A stretch of DNA of 62,124 bases, the filler included, from Jimgerdemannia flammicorona (lineage: Eukaryota), in assembly GCA_003990765.1 (NCBI GenBank). It is 2 parts of 2 records of this genome, joined end to end, with 100 filler letters (N's around TTAATTAATTAA, not from the genome) between each part and the next. Parts side by side here need not be neighbours in the genome. Positions count along the whole stretch, not along the records: positions 1 to 31,022 come from RBNJ01000414.1; 1 more part is not named here. One strand, written 5' to 3'. The notes beneath the pieces are model-generated. The model did no database searches, had not been told where the DNA came from, and saw only the letters and a list, made by a program, of their open reading frames with translations. Each line of letters opens with the position of its first letter. The stretch's first letter is position 1. Shown here one piece after another: positions 1 through 12,165 of this stretch. The position numbers and the translations under genes were made by a program.

Positions 1-416
1 TCACGCCCCCAGCCACTGCACCTCCAGCCCCTACGCTCGCACCCCCAGCCTGGGGGCCTCCCCCCCTCCCAAGGCTCGCCTTGCCCTTCCCCACAGCAGC
101 ACCGGCCCTGTCTCCAGCTGGCCATCCACTCCCCTTCACCTTGTCAGCAAAGCTCGAGGGACCAGCCTTACCACCAACACCACCTGCCGCCAGTCCTCCT
201 CGAGAACCCTCACCACCGTTCGACCCTCCAAAGGCCCCCATCCCCAGGCCATAACCCCTCCACACCTGCTGCCAGCCGAAAGCCCCAGCTCCCCCCGACC
301 CAGTACGCCCGTCAGAACTCTTGCTCGAAGACATATTGCTAGTACCTTTACTCCTAGTTGTGTTGAGAACTGTTGCTTGAAGTTGTGTATAACGTGAATT
401 GTACAGGAGAAAGGTG
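1..416 (-). mobile_element. 5' end (5'UTR and Gly-rich ORF1 N-terminus) of an L1/Tx1-like LINE inserted into the RT of Gypsy A; runs off the window
   Basis: Gypsy RT stops abruptly after [10 protein letters not shown] (about 417). An ATG at 334 opens MSSSKSSDGRTGSGGAGAF...GPSSFADKVKG...GKGK...GAVAGGV, matching the ORF1 N-termini of the LINEs at about 42200 (SFADIVTG...GKGK-like) and 49433 (SFAVTV...GPVAGV). Confidence 0.75.
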
Positions 417-2705
417 GACAGTGATCTTGTTGAGTGCTCGGTAGTCTATGCACATTCGCAGAGTATCATCCTTTTTCTTGACAAATAGAACTGGAGAGCC
501 AAAGAGTGACTTGCTTGGCTGAATGGCTCCTTGTTCAATGAGTTTATTGAGTTCCTTCTTGACTGCTTCAATTTCGAGTGGAGACATGTGGTACATTTTC
601 TTCTTAGGTATAGCTGCATCAGATACCAACTTGATTTCGTGGTCATGGTCTCTTGAAGGTGGTAGACCAGGTAGTTTGTCTGGGAAGACATCCTTGTACT
701 TGTTCAGCAGTAACTTGATGCTTTCATCAATTGATAGCTTCTTGTCTTCTTTCTTTAGTTGGATCAGTATCACAAAGGTGCAGGTAGCTTTCTTGAGGGC
801 CTTCTTGAACTGGATTGCTGAAAGGGTAGCAATTGGGGTTCTCGTCTGAGTCTTGTCTGGCTTGATGGTAATGTTGGCTCCATCTTGAATCAAGGTGACT
901 TCATTCTTGGTCCAATCAATCTGAGGGTTGTGCCGCGTAAGCCAGGGTTTGCTTAGGATCAGGTCATGGTCTCTTAGTGGTGCTACCTCGAAATCTAAAC
1001 ATTCCCAGTACTTCTGGATCTTGAGGGGAAGTTTAGCGGCAATTGAGTCAATTGGTAAGGTGGTGCTATCTGCAGTGACAACTCCACCATTCTTGTCAGC
1101 TGGTTTGGTGAGAATCTTGAGCTTGTCGATGAGGTTCTTGTTGATGAAGTTCCCAACAGCTCCACTGTCTATGAGAACATCTAATTCTTGTCCCTTGACT
1201 AGACCTTTGAAAATGAGCATTGAATTGGCTCGGTTCTCAGCTATGCTTGCAACTTTTTCAGTACTGCCAAAGCCTTTCTGATCTCGCTTGGTTGAAGATA
1301 GCTTGGTGACTTCTTTGACGACTGGTAGGGTGGCTCACTCCAGAATGAGCTGTGCAATTCTATCTCTTTCATTGATGGTATATGGCTGGTTCTTGTGGTT
1401 GACTAGCAGAACTTGCATTTCACCTTGAAAGTCAGGGTCTATGACTCCAGCACCAACATCCAATGAGTGCTTGAAGCTGAGGCCAGATCTTGGTTCAATT
1501 CTTGCATAATGTTCCTTGGGGATTTCGACTGAAAGGCCAGTTGGAATGAGCCTTCTTTCATGTGCTGGAATAGTGACTTGTTGTACTGCTTAAAGGTCCA
1601 AACCAATGGCTCCTTCTGACTGTGCTTGAGGGATCTGGGCCTTGGGGTTGACTCGCATGAAATCGAGTACAACTTCTTGTTCGACTGGTTGACCTTGAGT
1701 GTCTTTGGACAGGACCAGGATCCTCTTTGATTCCACAGTTTTCTTGGGACATTTGGTTGCAATGTGACCAGGCTGACAGCAAAAGAAGCAGGCTCCAGCC
1801 TTCTTGAGGCGCTCCTTTTCCTCGGGTGTAAGCTTGCCTTTCTTGCTCTTGTCGATGGTGTCTAGGTCCATGGGGGCAGGTCCAACAGTTCTGACTTTGG
1901 GTTCCTCCCTTCTGTGGTTGTTGTTGTTGTTGAAAGGCAGTCTCTTCTGTTCAAAGCGGTGACCATAGGTGATGACATCAAACCTATCAGCAATTTTCAT
2001 TGCTGTGTCTAGGTCCTTGAGTTCTTCTAGTTCAACATGAACTCGGGTTTGACCTTTCAAACCTCGGATGTACTTGTCGACCTTCTCGTCTTCAGTGACA
2101 TGTGGTAATTCTAGCAGAATTGACAGGAATTGTGCATTGTATGCTTGTACAGACTTGAGTTGTTTGATGTTTGCCAGACGGTCTCGCACAGCCTTGGTGC
2201 TGTTGACTGGTTTGAATTGGCCTTGAATAGCATCAGAGAATTCGCCCCAGATCTTGATTCGGCCAGAGAATCTGGTATTCTGAACATGATTTCGCCACCA
2301 GATTGCAGCATTCCCTCGGAGGAGTGTGGTGGCAAATTGGACTAGTGTTGTTTCTTCCAAATTGGTCAGTTCTCTATATTGCTCCAATTGGAAAAGCCAG
2401 GCATCGGTAGACAGTCCTCCTCTTTGACCATCAAAGGTATCAGGCTTCTGAGGCTTGATGGTGACTGCTGTCAGATGTATTGATATCAGTGGAGGTGTGG
2501 AGGTATGAGTGGAGGCCTTGCTTTCCTTTCTTTCTACACATTCTTGAAGTTGGGCAATCTGAGCTAATGCAGTTTGCAAAAGACTTTCGATGGACCCAGT
2601 TGACTGGGTGGGGATTGGCTGTTCCTCTTCTTCTTCTTGCTGGTGGTAAGAGGCATTGCCTGGACCGTAGGTACTGTATGAAGAGTTCCACCCATTGTCC
2701 TCCAT
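417..2705 (-). pseudogene. Gypsy A gag-dUTPase-protease-RT polyprotein with premature stops
   Basis: ORFs 1590..2705 and 354..1220 are in the same frame. Gag motif KPDTFDG, zinc knuckle CFFCCQPGHIATKC, protease LIDSGA, RT start [23 protein letters not shown]. Stops at 1590 (TAA) and about 1335 (TGA). Confidence 0.92.
1260..1670 (-). pseudogene. dUTPase domain between nucleocapsid and protease of Gypsy A
   Basis: Manual read-through shows all five trimeric dUTPase motifs: [39 protein letters not shown]. Confidence 0.92.
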
Positions 2706-2760
2706 AGTATTGTGACTGATATCTTGAGAGGTGTCTTGATAAGGCTAGGTGTAACTTCAC

Positions 2761-2771
2761 TGCTGCTACCA
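2761..2771 (-). promoter_or_regulatory. Primer-binding site TGGTAGCAGCA, probably for initiator tRNA-Met
   Basis: Lies 2 nt inside the LTR end TTACA. TGGTAGC is complementary to the ...GCUACCA 3' end of eukaryotic initiator tRNA-Met. Confidence 0.75.
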
Positions 2772-2773
2772 AG

Positions 2774-3175
2774 TGTAATGGTTCTAGTTTCTAAATAAGG
2801 AAGTGACTAATTCTGGTGGTCCTAAGTAGCTCAAAGAGATACTAAGGATTCAAGTGTTCTCAAAGAATTTTTGGGAGAAAATATTCTGAGCTTTATTCAT
2901 GAGAACAAAGGGGTTATTTATACAAGATCTGAAAGAAGGATCTGGAAGGATCTGAGAAATCAAAGGAAAATACCAAGAGGAAAGTTCTCGGCAAAGATGA
3001 CAAATGATGACAAATAAAGTTCTACAAGTTTCCAGGACATTCAGTGACTAACTAAATAAGTACTAGTTAATACTCGGTACCAAGAAAGGATTTCTAAGCA
3101 TTTGGAAAGTACCAGAAGGTCATAGAATATTGGAGAAAGATAAAGAAAAGGAATAAACTATGCTAAAATATTACA
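2774..3175 (-). repeat. 5' LTR of Gypsy A (about 400 bp)
   Basis: TGTAAT...ATTACA termini. On the minus strand a TATAAATA (about 2915-2922) precedes AATAAA (about 2893-2898). Abuts the PBS. Confidence 0.8.
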
Positions 3176-3249
3176 GTATTCTACAAAAAGTTATAAGCTC
3201 TACTAACAAAAACAGATAATAAAGACAAAGATACTCCTCTAATATATAT

Positions 3250-4787
3250 TGTAACAATGATTGCAGAATGATGATATCAGTATAGGAGAAAGTCTTTCCT
3301 TACAAGTCATCAGATTGAAGCATAAGAAGATTATATAGCATAACTTACTCAGGCTACGAGATGAGCAATAATGACCAACTATAAGTTATTGTGACCATAA
3401 GACAGATATCTTGAGAAATATAAAAAAAGAATAAAAAAACTACAGTAGCAGCAACTCAAATAAAGCTAAAAATAGTTCAAAAGACTTACCATAAACAAAT
3501 GCCTGCCACTTGCCAAACCTTAAGATCTAGAAACTACCAAGATCTCTCAGTCTAGGAAAGGATGTTCCAAGACATCAGAAGAGCTATGAGAATCCACACA
3601 AGAAGGACTCCTAGCCTCAACCTGGGCACTAGTGACCCTTATTATTATATTCTCTACTACTATAAAATAGAAACAAGAATCACTATTACTACTAAATACC
3701 TCTAGATATGGCAGAAATACAAAATAAGAAACCTCCTCTGCTGGGAATTCCTTCAGACCAGTCTCCAAGAAATTCAAGATGTCACCCCTATAGATATATA
3801 TAAAATAAGAATAGTTAAGAAGATTTATCAGATCTTTAGACATACACTATAGTTAATCTCCAACTTAGAGTATACTAGAATCTCAGACTTTAAGGAACTG
3901 TCAGCCTACCATACTAATATACTAGAGACTATGGTGGCCACAGAAGTCCAGTCCACTATTACCCTCAATAGTGATAAAGTAGAAGAGTTCTGGTATCCCA
4001 TTCTCTAAGACAATCCAGATCAATTTATATAAGAATTGATCTTAGTATTCCAAGGCCCCAGTATCCAGATTAGACCTCCCCAAGATCTCACATTTATTTC
4101 TTATTTTGTAGAAGAGAATGTTATGATTGGAGAGCCCTCACCACTGCTGAATGTGATGATATCACTAGTAATGAAGTTATTCTATACAATATAAGCAAAA
4201 TATACAAAATAGATAAAATGTTTGTAGATCTCATTTTCTTTAGCAGTGATGAAGATAAAGCCCCCATAGTCCTGAACATTCTGCTCTAAGTTCTTAGTAA
4301 TACCAAAATCTTCTGATATCCTTTTTCTATATAACTAAATTCTATTAGTATCTTTTTTCTATAACATTTAAATCTTTAAGCACTCTTTTCCTATACTATC
4401 AAAATCTACTAGCATTTTGAACTTATGCAATCATTTGTATAGACACTTAAATTTATACTTATAACTATAGTTTTCTATGTTCCAGTATTTTATTTAGTTA
4501 TTGAAATTTATATTTTAGCTTTATAACTTAGTAACTATTAAATTATATTTTGTATAAATACCTCTCTTATTTTTTTTGAAATAAAGTCAGTTAAGTTCAC
4601 TTATACTCAATTTCATACAAATCTAAGAGATAACAAGACAGTTTAAAGATAAGAAGTTTGAGGACTATAAGATCTTGAAAAGGCACTCCAATAAGAACTT
4701 ACTTATAACAAACTTGTAGTTAGTCTAAGAGATATATCTTGAAGAGAATCTAATATATTTGAAGGACTCAGTGACTACTATATGACA
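3250..4787 (+). repeat. 5' LTR of Gypsy B (about 1.5 kb)
   Basis: Colinear with 22789-23052 plus 24162-25419. Starts TGTAACA, ends ...TGACA, followed by a PBS-like TGG at 4791. Confidence 0.8.
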
Positions 4788-4847
4788 ACTTGGTACTTAT
4801 TAGCTAGTAATTCAAGATGAATCTCTCACTTTTAAGCTAAAAAATGA

Positions 4848-6561
4848 ATAACTACCACAACAACTATTCTGACTACAAGAGTCATCTCTGCAAGAATTCA
4901 AGACAAGATAGAAATACATCCTCTCACATTCTATAGATATATTACTGAAGAGTCAATCCTGACCTTCATTGAAGACTTTGAACAATTTGCTGCCATACAA
5001 GCCCTCACTATAGATACACAATTGGCCCTCCTATCTATTAGCCTCAGAGGACCTGTCAGAGATAAGTTTAATATAGCCACTATTACTGATGCTGGTGCAG
5101 CCAAACTTGCCAACATGAAGAACTTTCTCAGAACTATATACTATATTGAAGAGATCAAGCAAGCTCTCAAGGATCAACTCAATACTATCTACCAGGGACT
5201 CAGTGAAGATCTCAACTCATTCTATATCTGAATCTACTATCTGATTATCTTAGTTAGCTATGATGATACCCTCAAGGAATAAATAGCTAATTCAATCTTC
5301 CTCAAAGAAGTTCACTCTGAAATTGTCCTAGCAATTTGATCTATCTTAGCTACTCTGATCCTTGATCAGAAAGTGATCTTTGTACAGAGATATTGGACTG
5401 CCAGATACTCTGCTGAATACTCAATAGAGATCAAGATAGAGCCATCAAAGCCAACCAGTATCATACTTACTATAGTTGTAAACAGACAACTATCCCCACC
5501 TACCCCCAAGGCAGCCAAAGCTAACCCAGTGGAGCACTAAGCAGTTTGCTAAGATGACTATACATCTTAGTAATGTTGTTAGAGAAGTCTGAAGTACAAA
5601 TAGGAGACTAGTATAGAGATTTGCAGTTGCTACAGAAGAATATAATATTATATGCTTTAGATGTGAAAAAGGTCACTATACAAAGAGTTATATAACCAAA
5701 ACAAGATACAAAGCCCAACTAAGCAATACTATCAAAACCAGAGAACAAACCAATACAGTGGTCATCAAGGAGATTGGTAATACTGATGATGAAGAATATT
5801 ATGAGAAGTCTAAATTCTACTCTGTTACTGAAGGTACCAGAACCCAGTCTAAGCCCTATAACAAGAAGAGCAACAGTAAGTCAGTTGGAAGACCAAAGAA
5901 GACCCTAGCTATTACTATTTAAAGCAAGACCCAATCCAAGGAGATTGATCAAGACATAGAGTTAGATGAAGCTACCCACCAAATTATTGAAGATACCACT
6001 CCAGTCTCTAGAGAAAGTGAAAGCAAGAAAGAACAAAAACTATACAAGACTAAGATCTATCAGTATAATATCTACAAGAATCTCAAGGAACAGAAGATAA
6101 ATGCTACTTTTGGATAACTAGCCAAAGTCTCTGTCTTTAGATAGCAGTTGAGAGTAGAACTTGCAACCACTGTCAAGAACCAAGAGTACAAGATTGTAGA
6201 AGCTCACAATATACAAGAAGATGAACAAGAAGACTCAGGTGAAGAATCTGAAGACCAGTACAAGACATCAGTCTATACTCTATATTAGATTGAAGATTGT
6301 ATCTTTGATGCCATCATTGATACTAGTGCTGGAGGATATCTCATAAGCAAAAAGGCAATTGACTGCCTAGGCTGTGATATTGAAGAGTCTACCAAAATGA
6401 TCTATATCATAGTAGATGGTATATGAGCTACCCCCCTAGGCAAGATCTGAGAAGTCTTCATCAAGATAGGAGGAGTTACTATTCTAGTAGACATAATTAT
6501 TACAAGTACTACTAACTATGATATTCTTATTAACAACCAATGGCTTCACAAGGCCAAAACT
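4848..6561 (+). pseudogene. Gypsy B gag-protease, first (duplicated) copy, truncated by the Penelope insertion
   Basis: Gag segment FIEDFEQFA...LRGPVRDKF, decayed knuckle CFRCEKGHYTKS, protease IIDTSAGG. Near-identical to 17214-18944. Confidence 0.85.
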
Positions 6562-9500
6562 TTTTTTATTATAAAATGAGTAGAGAATAGAGAAATAGTT
6601 TAGAGTGAGATATAATACTGTTATGGCAGATATGAAGATCAGCAGTAAAAGGTCAAGTAGTAGAAAACGATAAGCTTATGTGAATTTTCACAATAGAATA
6701 AGGAAACAGAATAAAGTGTTTTCTGAAGCAAGGTGCAATAGATCTACAATCCACCTATGGTATCATAATATGCAGTAGTCTTTATTCAAAATTGAGAACA
6801 AAGTTCAGGTAAACAAAGACACAGATCTAACTCCAGAATTCTGAAATCAGACAGATGCATAAGTATCTAGACCTTGCCCCAATCCAAACAAAAGTCTGAA
6901 TCAGGCTTTGTCAATCTATACATATGATAGGTCATTAAAAACCCAATATAGAAACGATTGGAAAAAGGTACCAGTCATGTGATCTAGTGTTACACAAATA
7001 CAAAACAATGCTAAAAATGGAACTAGACCAATGACTGTCACATGTCATCACATGATTGTCACTTAAAGGTTTAAAAACCTAAAAATTATCAGCACCTGAA
7101 GGTGCAGGTGTCAGGCCTAGAGCCTTGTAACCAGAGCAGAGTAGAGCCTTAACACTGGAGCAAGTGAAGCAAGCAGAGGTAGACAGGCATCACAGAGTGT
7201 AGATATGCAGGTGTCAGACCTAGAGCCTCACGCTGGAGATTATTTGGCGATTTTTCACATTTTTAAACATCGCATGGTATGTATGAGTAGTGTGGCCTTC
7301 AAAGAGGACTTAAAGTAAAACTGATATTTGAGATGGCATTAAGAATAGTAAAACCATTCTTTTTGGTGATAATTGGTCATCAGACAGTTATAGGAAAACC
7401 AAAATGAAGCAAAGCAGTATGTAGAGTCTTATCAGACTATTGATGTAGCCATCAGGCTATGTTGTATTAGATGACAAGTAATAGAAAAGGAAAAGTGAAG
7501 TGGAGAATAGGGGGGTGGGAAATAAGGAGAGGGGTGAGAAGTGAAGTTTAGACCTCAAGCGAATCAATCAAACTCAATTGAGTAGTTATAACATCAACAG
7601 GGTATTCTTTTCTATAAATCAGGAATTCAGCCAAAGACTGATACTCATCAAGCCAATCATAGTGAGATAAGCAGAACAGTGATAGGTGGTAAGCTTCATT
7701 CACAATGCATAGATGGAGTGTCTTCCTAGGATGATTACTCAACCAGTCGACAAACTGAGTACTATGTAGAAACTTAGCAAAACAGCCTGTGTGGAATGGT
7801 ACAACTCGGATTTCCAGGTCCAAATAGTGGCATAGTCTGGCAGACAAGACTTCCTATTCAATATGATGGTGTGGGGGATACACAGTACCAAAAATCACAG
7901 CCAAGTCCATGATCACAGGTGTAAAGACAATTAGATCATCAATATACTGGTGGAACTTTAGTCTGGCTTTGACAGCTCAGCTTAGCAGATGGTCAGGCAC
8001 TTGCAAGGTATATAACTCATGAGCAAAACCAACAAGATTGGTGAGATCCAGGGTACAATTCATCTCCATAGCAACACCAGACATAGAGCAGAAGGAACTG
8101 ATGATGGATGTGAATGTTATATGAGTCATAACTATGTAGACAAGGCTGAGAATAGCTTCAAGCAGCAAAGAGCCAGAGAGAAAGGCTACCATTGACAAAA
8201 AGGTAAGCAGTCGATATACTTATCTAATGTGATCCTAGTATAGAAGATAGCAAAATCCCCAGTAGCGATGTAGTTGCAATCTGACACATCTAGGTAATCT
8301 GATCAAACCAATTATAACAGTTCTAACATATCATGTAGAGGTGAATAATGCAAGTAACCCACATTATGGTACAAATGGGCCAACCACAGGCAGAGAAAGT
8401 GAGATAGAAAATGCGAAATCTCAGTTATAGGAGAGTTAAAAGCACCAATAATAGAATGCCATGCCATGTGTGCCCCTTTGTGTACCTTAGGCAAAGCATG
8501 AAACACAGATAGCTTGTAATTATTAGGCTCTATGAGGTATTCCCAAATCAGCATACAACTATAGTTACCAATATAGAACTCAAGTAGACCAAGCAGGTCT
8601 AGCCTCACTGATTCCTTAACATTATTAATCATAGAGAAATCATTCACATATGCAGGATTGTGAAGGAGAGACTGAAGACCATCAAGATACAAAGCATGCA
8701 GAATTATGGTGAACCCCAGATTCTTGTTGGTAAGACAGACTGTAAAGTCAGCATGAGTGCAGATACCTTTGAGAAGGTGATGGAACTTCTTTGATACAAG
8801 TGTACCAGACATATTTGTCATGGGTTAGACAGCTTGATTTAAAGTAACACTTATATGGAGCATAATTTGCATATTTTCCATACAATGTGGTGATTGTTAT
8901 TTAGATAGCACCCAGGTGGAGATCTCTGAGATGTCATCAGAATTATCCATAGAGATCCAGAAGATAGTAAGGTCGAGATGCTGTTAGAATAACAATAACA
9001 AAATCGGATCAATGGTGCTATTCATTGATGCTGATTCAGGAAGAACAAACTTAGGGCCAAAGTTCAGCATATATATAAGCTTGGAGGTAAGCCAAGGTGG
9101 AGGTATATTGATAACAAAGCCCTCCTTTTTTTTTTTTTTTAATGGACTCATGTCCCATGGATTTTAATTGGAAGGGAACCTAGACTATATAGGCCAAAAC
9201 CCTCCCCCACCACCCACCAAGCACTGCCCCCCCATTAACCTAGGCTAGCTATTATCCAGCAGCTTGACCATATCAGGCGCAGCAGGGCTGATAAGCCCAT
9301 ACCTCATTCTGCACACCATGCTCTCTCTACCACCAGGGGAAACCCAACCATATGCCAATGACCGAAAGTACATGCCTGAGAACCCAATGTATGTACAAGG
9401 CCATGCCCGAGCTGAATAGAATAGCCCCTGCCACCCTAAAGAGAATGACAGACAAATAAAAAACTCTCATCAAAGCACAACATAGTGGGTAGGGCCTGGT

Positions 9501-12165
9501 TCTCCCAGTCGAGGTGAGTAAAGGACTTATACGTGAGGTGGGAGGAAACCCCCAATACCCTACTACTCAAGCCTGCGGGCCTCGATCACGTTGCCGTGTC
9601 AGCTCCCAGTTCCAGTTGAGTGCAGCCAAGATGCCTGAAATGGATAGCCTCGGGCCTCCTGACCCCCCCTGATGACTGGGGCCCAACCCCGCTGACCGCC
9701 AAAAGAAGCTGATAGTGACACCTACCACCTAACCACGCCGCACCAATCAAAAGGCCCCACCGAAGCAGTACCTGCCCCAGCCCCGATGACTGCCCCCAGC
9801 CTGGCACTCTACTGGTTCACCATAATTGCCCTTCCACCTATCTGTGATGGCCATCTCCCCTCCCATCCCAACAACACCCAAAAAGCAGTCACCTATGCCA
9901 GAACCACACTCGTCAGGAAGCTCGCCAAAGCCAGAGGGCCCCACCACAGGCACCGAGGACCTGCAGGTAACCTACACTGAGCACTTGATGCCCAAGGTCA
10001 GCCAACTCCCTATGTAGTCTGAGACACACCGAGACAACTCCTTGTTGGTGATGGCAAAAGGAAGAAGGTGCCACACCAAAACGGGTATACCCCAGATACA
10101 GCTGAAGGCACCAGAATCTGCGAAAAAGTGGAGGAAGCACCGATCTGACACTGATAAAGGGGCAACTCATCACCATTGCCCTCCTCCCACCATGCCCCTA
10201 CAGGCACAGCAAACCAACCTGAGGTAGAGGGGGTAATATTAGGGGAAAGGGGACTCGGAAGGTCACCTACCAAACCTTGTGACTGGTAAGGTAGCGGAGA
10301 AAGGAGCTGTTCTTAGTAAACATCTGAAACTAAGGGACAAAAAACTAACTTAAGTGAGAACCAGGAAGAGAAGATATGAAGACAAAATCCTCAATTGGTG
10401 TCAAGGCTGCTACCCTATGTGGAATAGAGACATCAGGGCCAAACTATGCTGCTGAGAAGTCATATGAGACTTCCAGGCCAGGGACCTCTAGTTTTTTGAT
10501 GCTAGAGGACAGATATTACCAGCATTATGCTAGACAACATGATGTTTGGTGGCAGTACACTTATTGCATTGTGGTACAAATGCTCTGATGGTACTCTTAG
10601 TTGAGTGGCTTGAAGTCTATGAGTAGCTGGTCCTGGTGGAAGTGGAAGAAATAGATAGAGAAGGTGAAGCCTTATGTGCTTGCTTGACCCCTTTTACAGA
10701 ACCCACTGTCTCAGCAGAGGCTAGGGGGCAAGGACCTCAGTGGGCCTTTGTAGATACACCAAGGCATCCAGAACAGCTATGGCAGTTTGGCATGGTAGAG
10801 GCCAAAGTCACACTCACCACCTTTGCCTTTTCCACAACCCCCGCAGACGCAGCAGTAGAGAGTAGGGGGGTGGGGATACTCTTTTTCAGTTGGGCAGAAC
10901 TGGCAGTAGCAGAAGCAAAAGTGCATTTAACACCTAGAATAATGATCTTGAGGTGATTCCCAAGCTCCTTAACTACAGCTTTGTGGGTAGTAGTGGAAAT
11001 TCTATCTTATAGAGAAGAGGATACGGGATAGTTGGGCAGACAGCAGCAGTGGCAGCTTTAGCAGTGGCAGTAGTGGTAAGACAGCAAGATTGATACATGA
11101 TAATATCAAAACCTCAGAGGAGGAACAAGGTAGTCCTTGCTCATTTAGAGGCAGAAACCATATAAACATTCTTACACAGTCCCTGAGTGGTGTCTTTAGA
11201 AATCCCAAAGAATGTGAGAGATTCAGACGATACACTCATAGCTTTGTCAATTTTAGCATACTGGTCCTTAGCATGCTGGATGGCGGCAACATTGACAGTT
11301 ACAGCAGTCTCAACCATAGCTATGGTACAGTGCTTAGCTTCTGCCAAAGCAGTTTCAAGGGTGGCACCATACTGCTCCTCAGAAAGAAGGGCAATTAAAG
11401 TAGCTATCTTCTTAGAAAGAGTAAACTTCCAATCAGCAACTTGGGCCTGCAGAAAGTTGGCATGGCATTCCTTCATGGCAATGACCTCAAGGATAGAAAG
11501 CACTCCAGTGTAAGTAGTATGGAAGAGAACAGGGACCTTGGCAGACACAGTAGTAATATAGGTGGCCAGGTTATCAAACTCTGCCAAATTGGTAAAGGCA
11601 GTAGGGGGGACAGCAGTATTGCTATCTACATTCATATTGTCTGTCATATTGTGTATTATGAAATAAGTAGAGAATAGAGGAATAGTTTAAAGTAAGATAT
11701 AATACTGTTATAGCAGATATGAAGATTGATGGTAAAAGGTCAAGTAGTGGAAAATGATAAGCTTATATAAATTTTTATGATGAAATAAGGAAACAGAATA
11801 AAGTGTTTTCTGAAGCAAGATATAATAGATCTACAACCCATCTATAGTACCACAATATGTGATGGTCTTTATTCAAAATTGAGAACAAAGTTCAGGTAAA
11901 CAAAGACATAGATCTAACCCTAGAATTCCAGAATCAGACAGGTGCATAAGTACTCAGACCTTGCTCTGATCTAAACAAAAGTCTGAATTGGGCTTTGTCG
12001 ATCTACATACATGATAGGCCATTAAAAACCTGATATAGAAACAATCAAGAAAAGGTACCGGTCACGTGATCTAATATTATACAAACCCAAAACAATGCTA
12101 AAAATGGAACTAGACCAATAACTGTCATGTGTCATCACATAATTGTCACTTAAAGATTTAAAAAT
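6561..12165 (-). mobile_element. Endonuclease-deficient Penelope-like retroelement, left copy, with terminal repeats (pLTR) at both ends
   Basis: PLE-type RT motifs (T/A)(N/D)KNLG, FHALPKVHK, GDFAIFYTRI, GVAMEMNCTLDLTNL, YIDD, YLDLEI. Ala-rich N-terminal region at 11141-11647. Repeats at about 6568-7300 and 11655-12165. No GIY-YIG motif seen. Confidence 0.85.
9126..10311 (-). mobile_element. 5'-truncated L1/Tx1-like LINE 3' fragment with poly(A), inserted in the left Penelope copy
   Basis: Poly(T) at 9126-9140. Absent from the right Penelope copy, which is contiguous at about 14195. Reverse complement of 23053-24161. Encodes ORF2 C-terminal-like text (FRRFWCLQLYLGY). Confidence 0.85.

Larger units (their letters stand above)
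417..3175 (-). mobile_element. Ty3/Gypsy LTR retrotransposon A (5' LTR, PBS, gag, dUTPase, protease, RT start); 3' part displaced by a LINE
   Basis: LTR, PBS and a single-frame gag-dUTPase-PR-RT polyprotein in Gypsy domain order. Confidence 0.93.

Noticed and set aside
3176..3249. Back-to-back 5' LTRs of Gypsy A and B as one composite element
   Set aside because: The LTRs are unrelated in sequence and no shared TSD is visible; adjacent independent insertions suffice.
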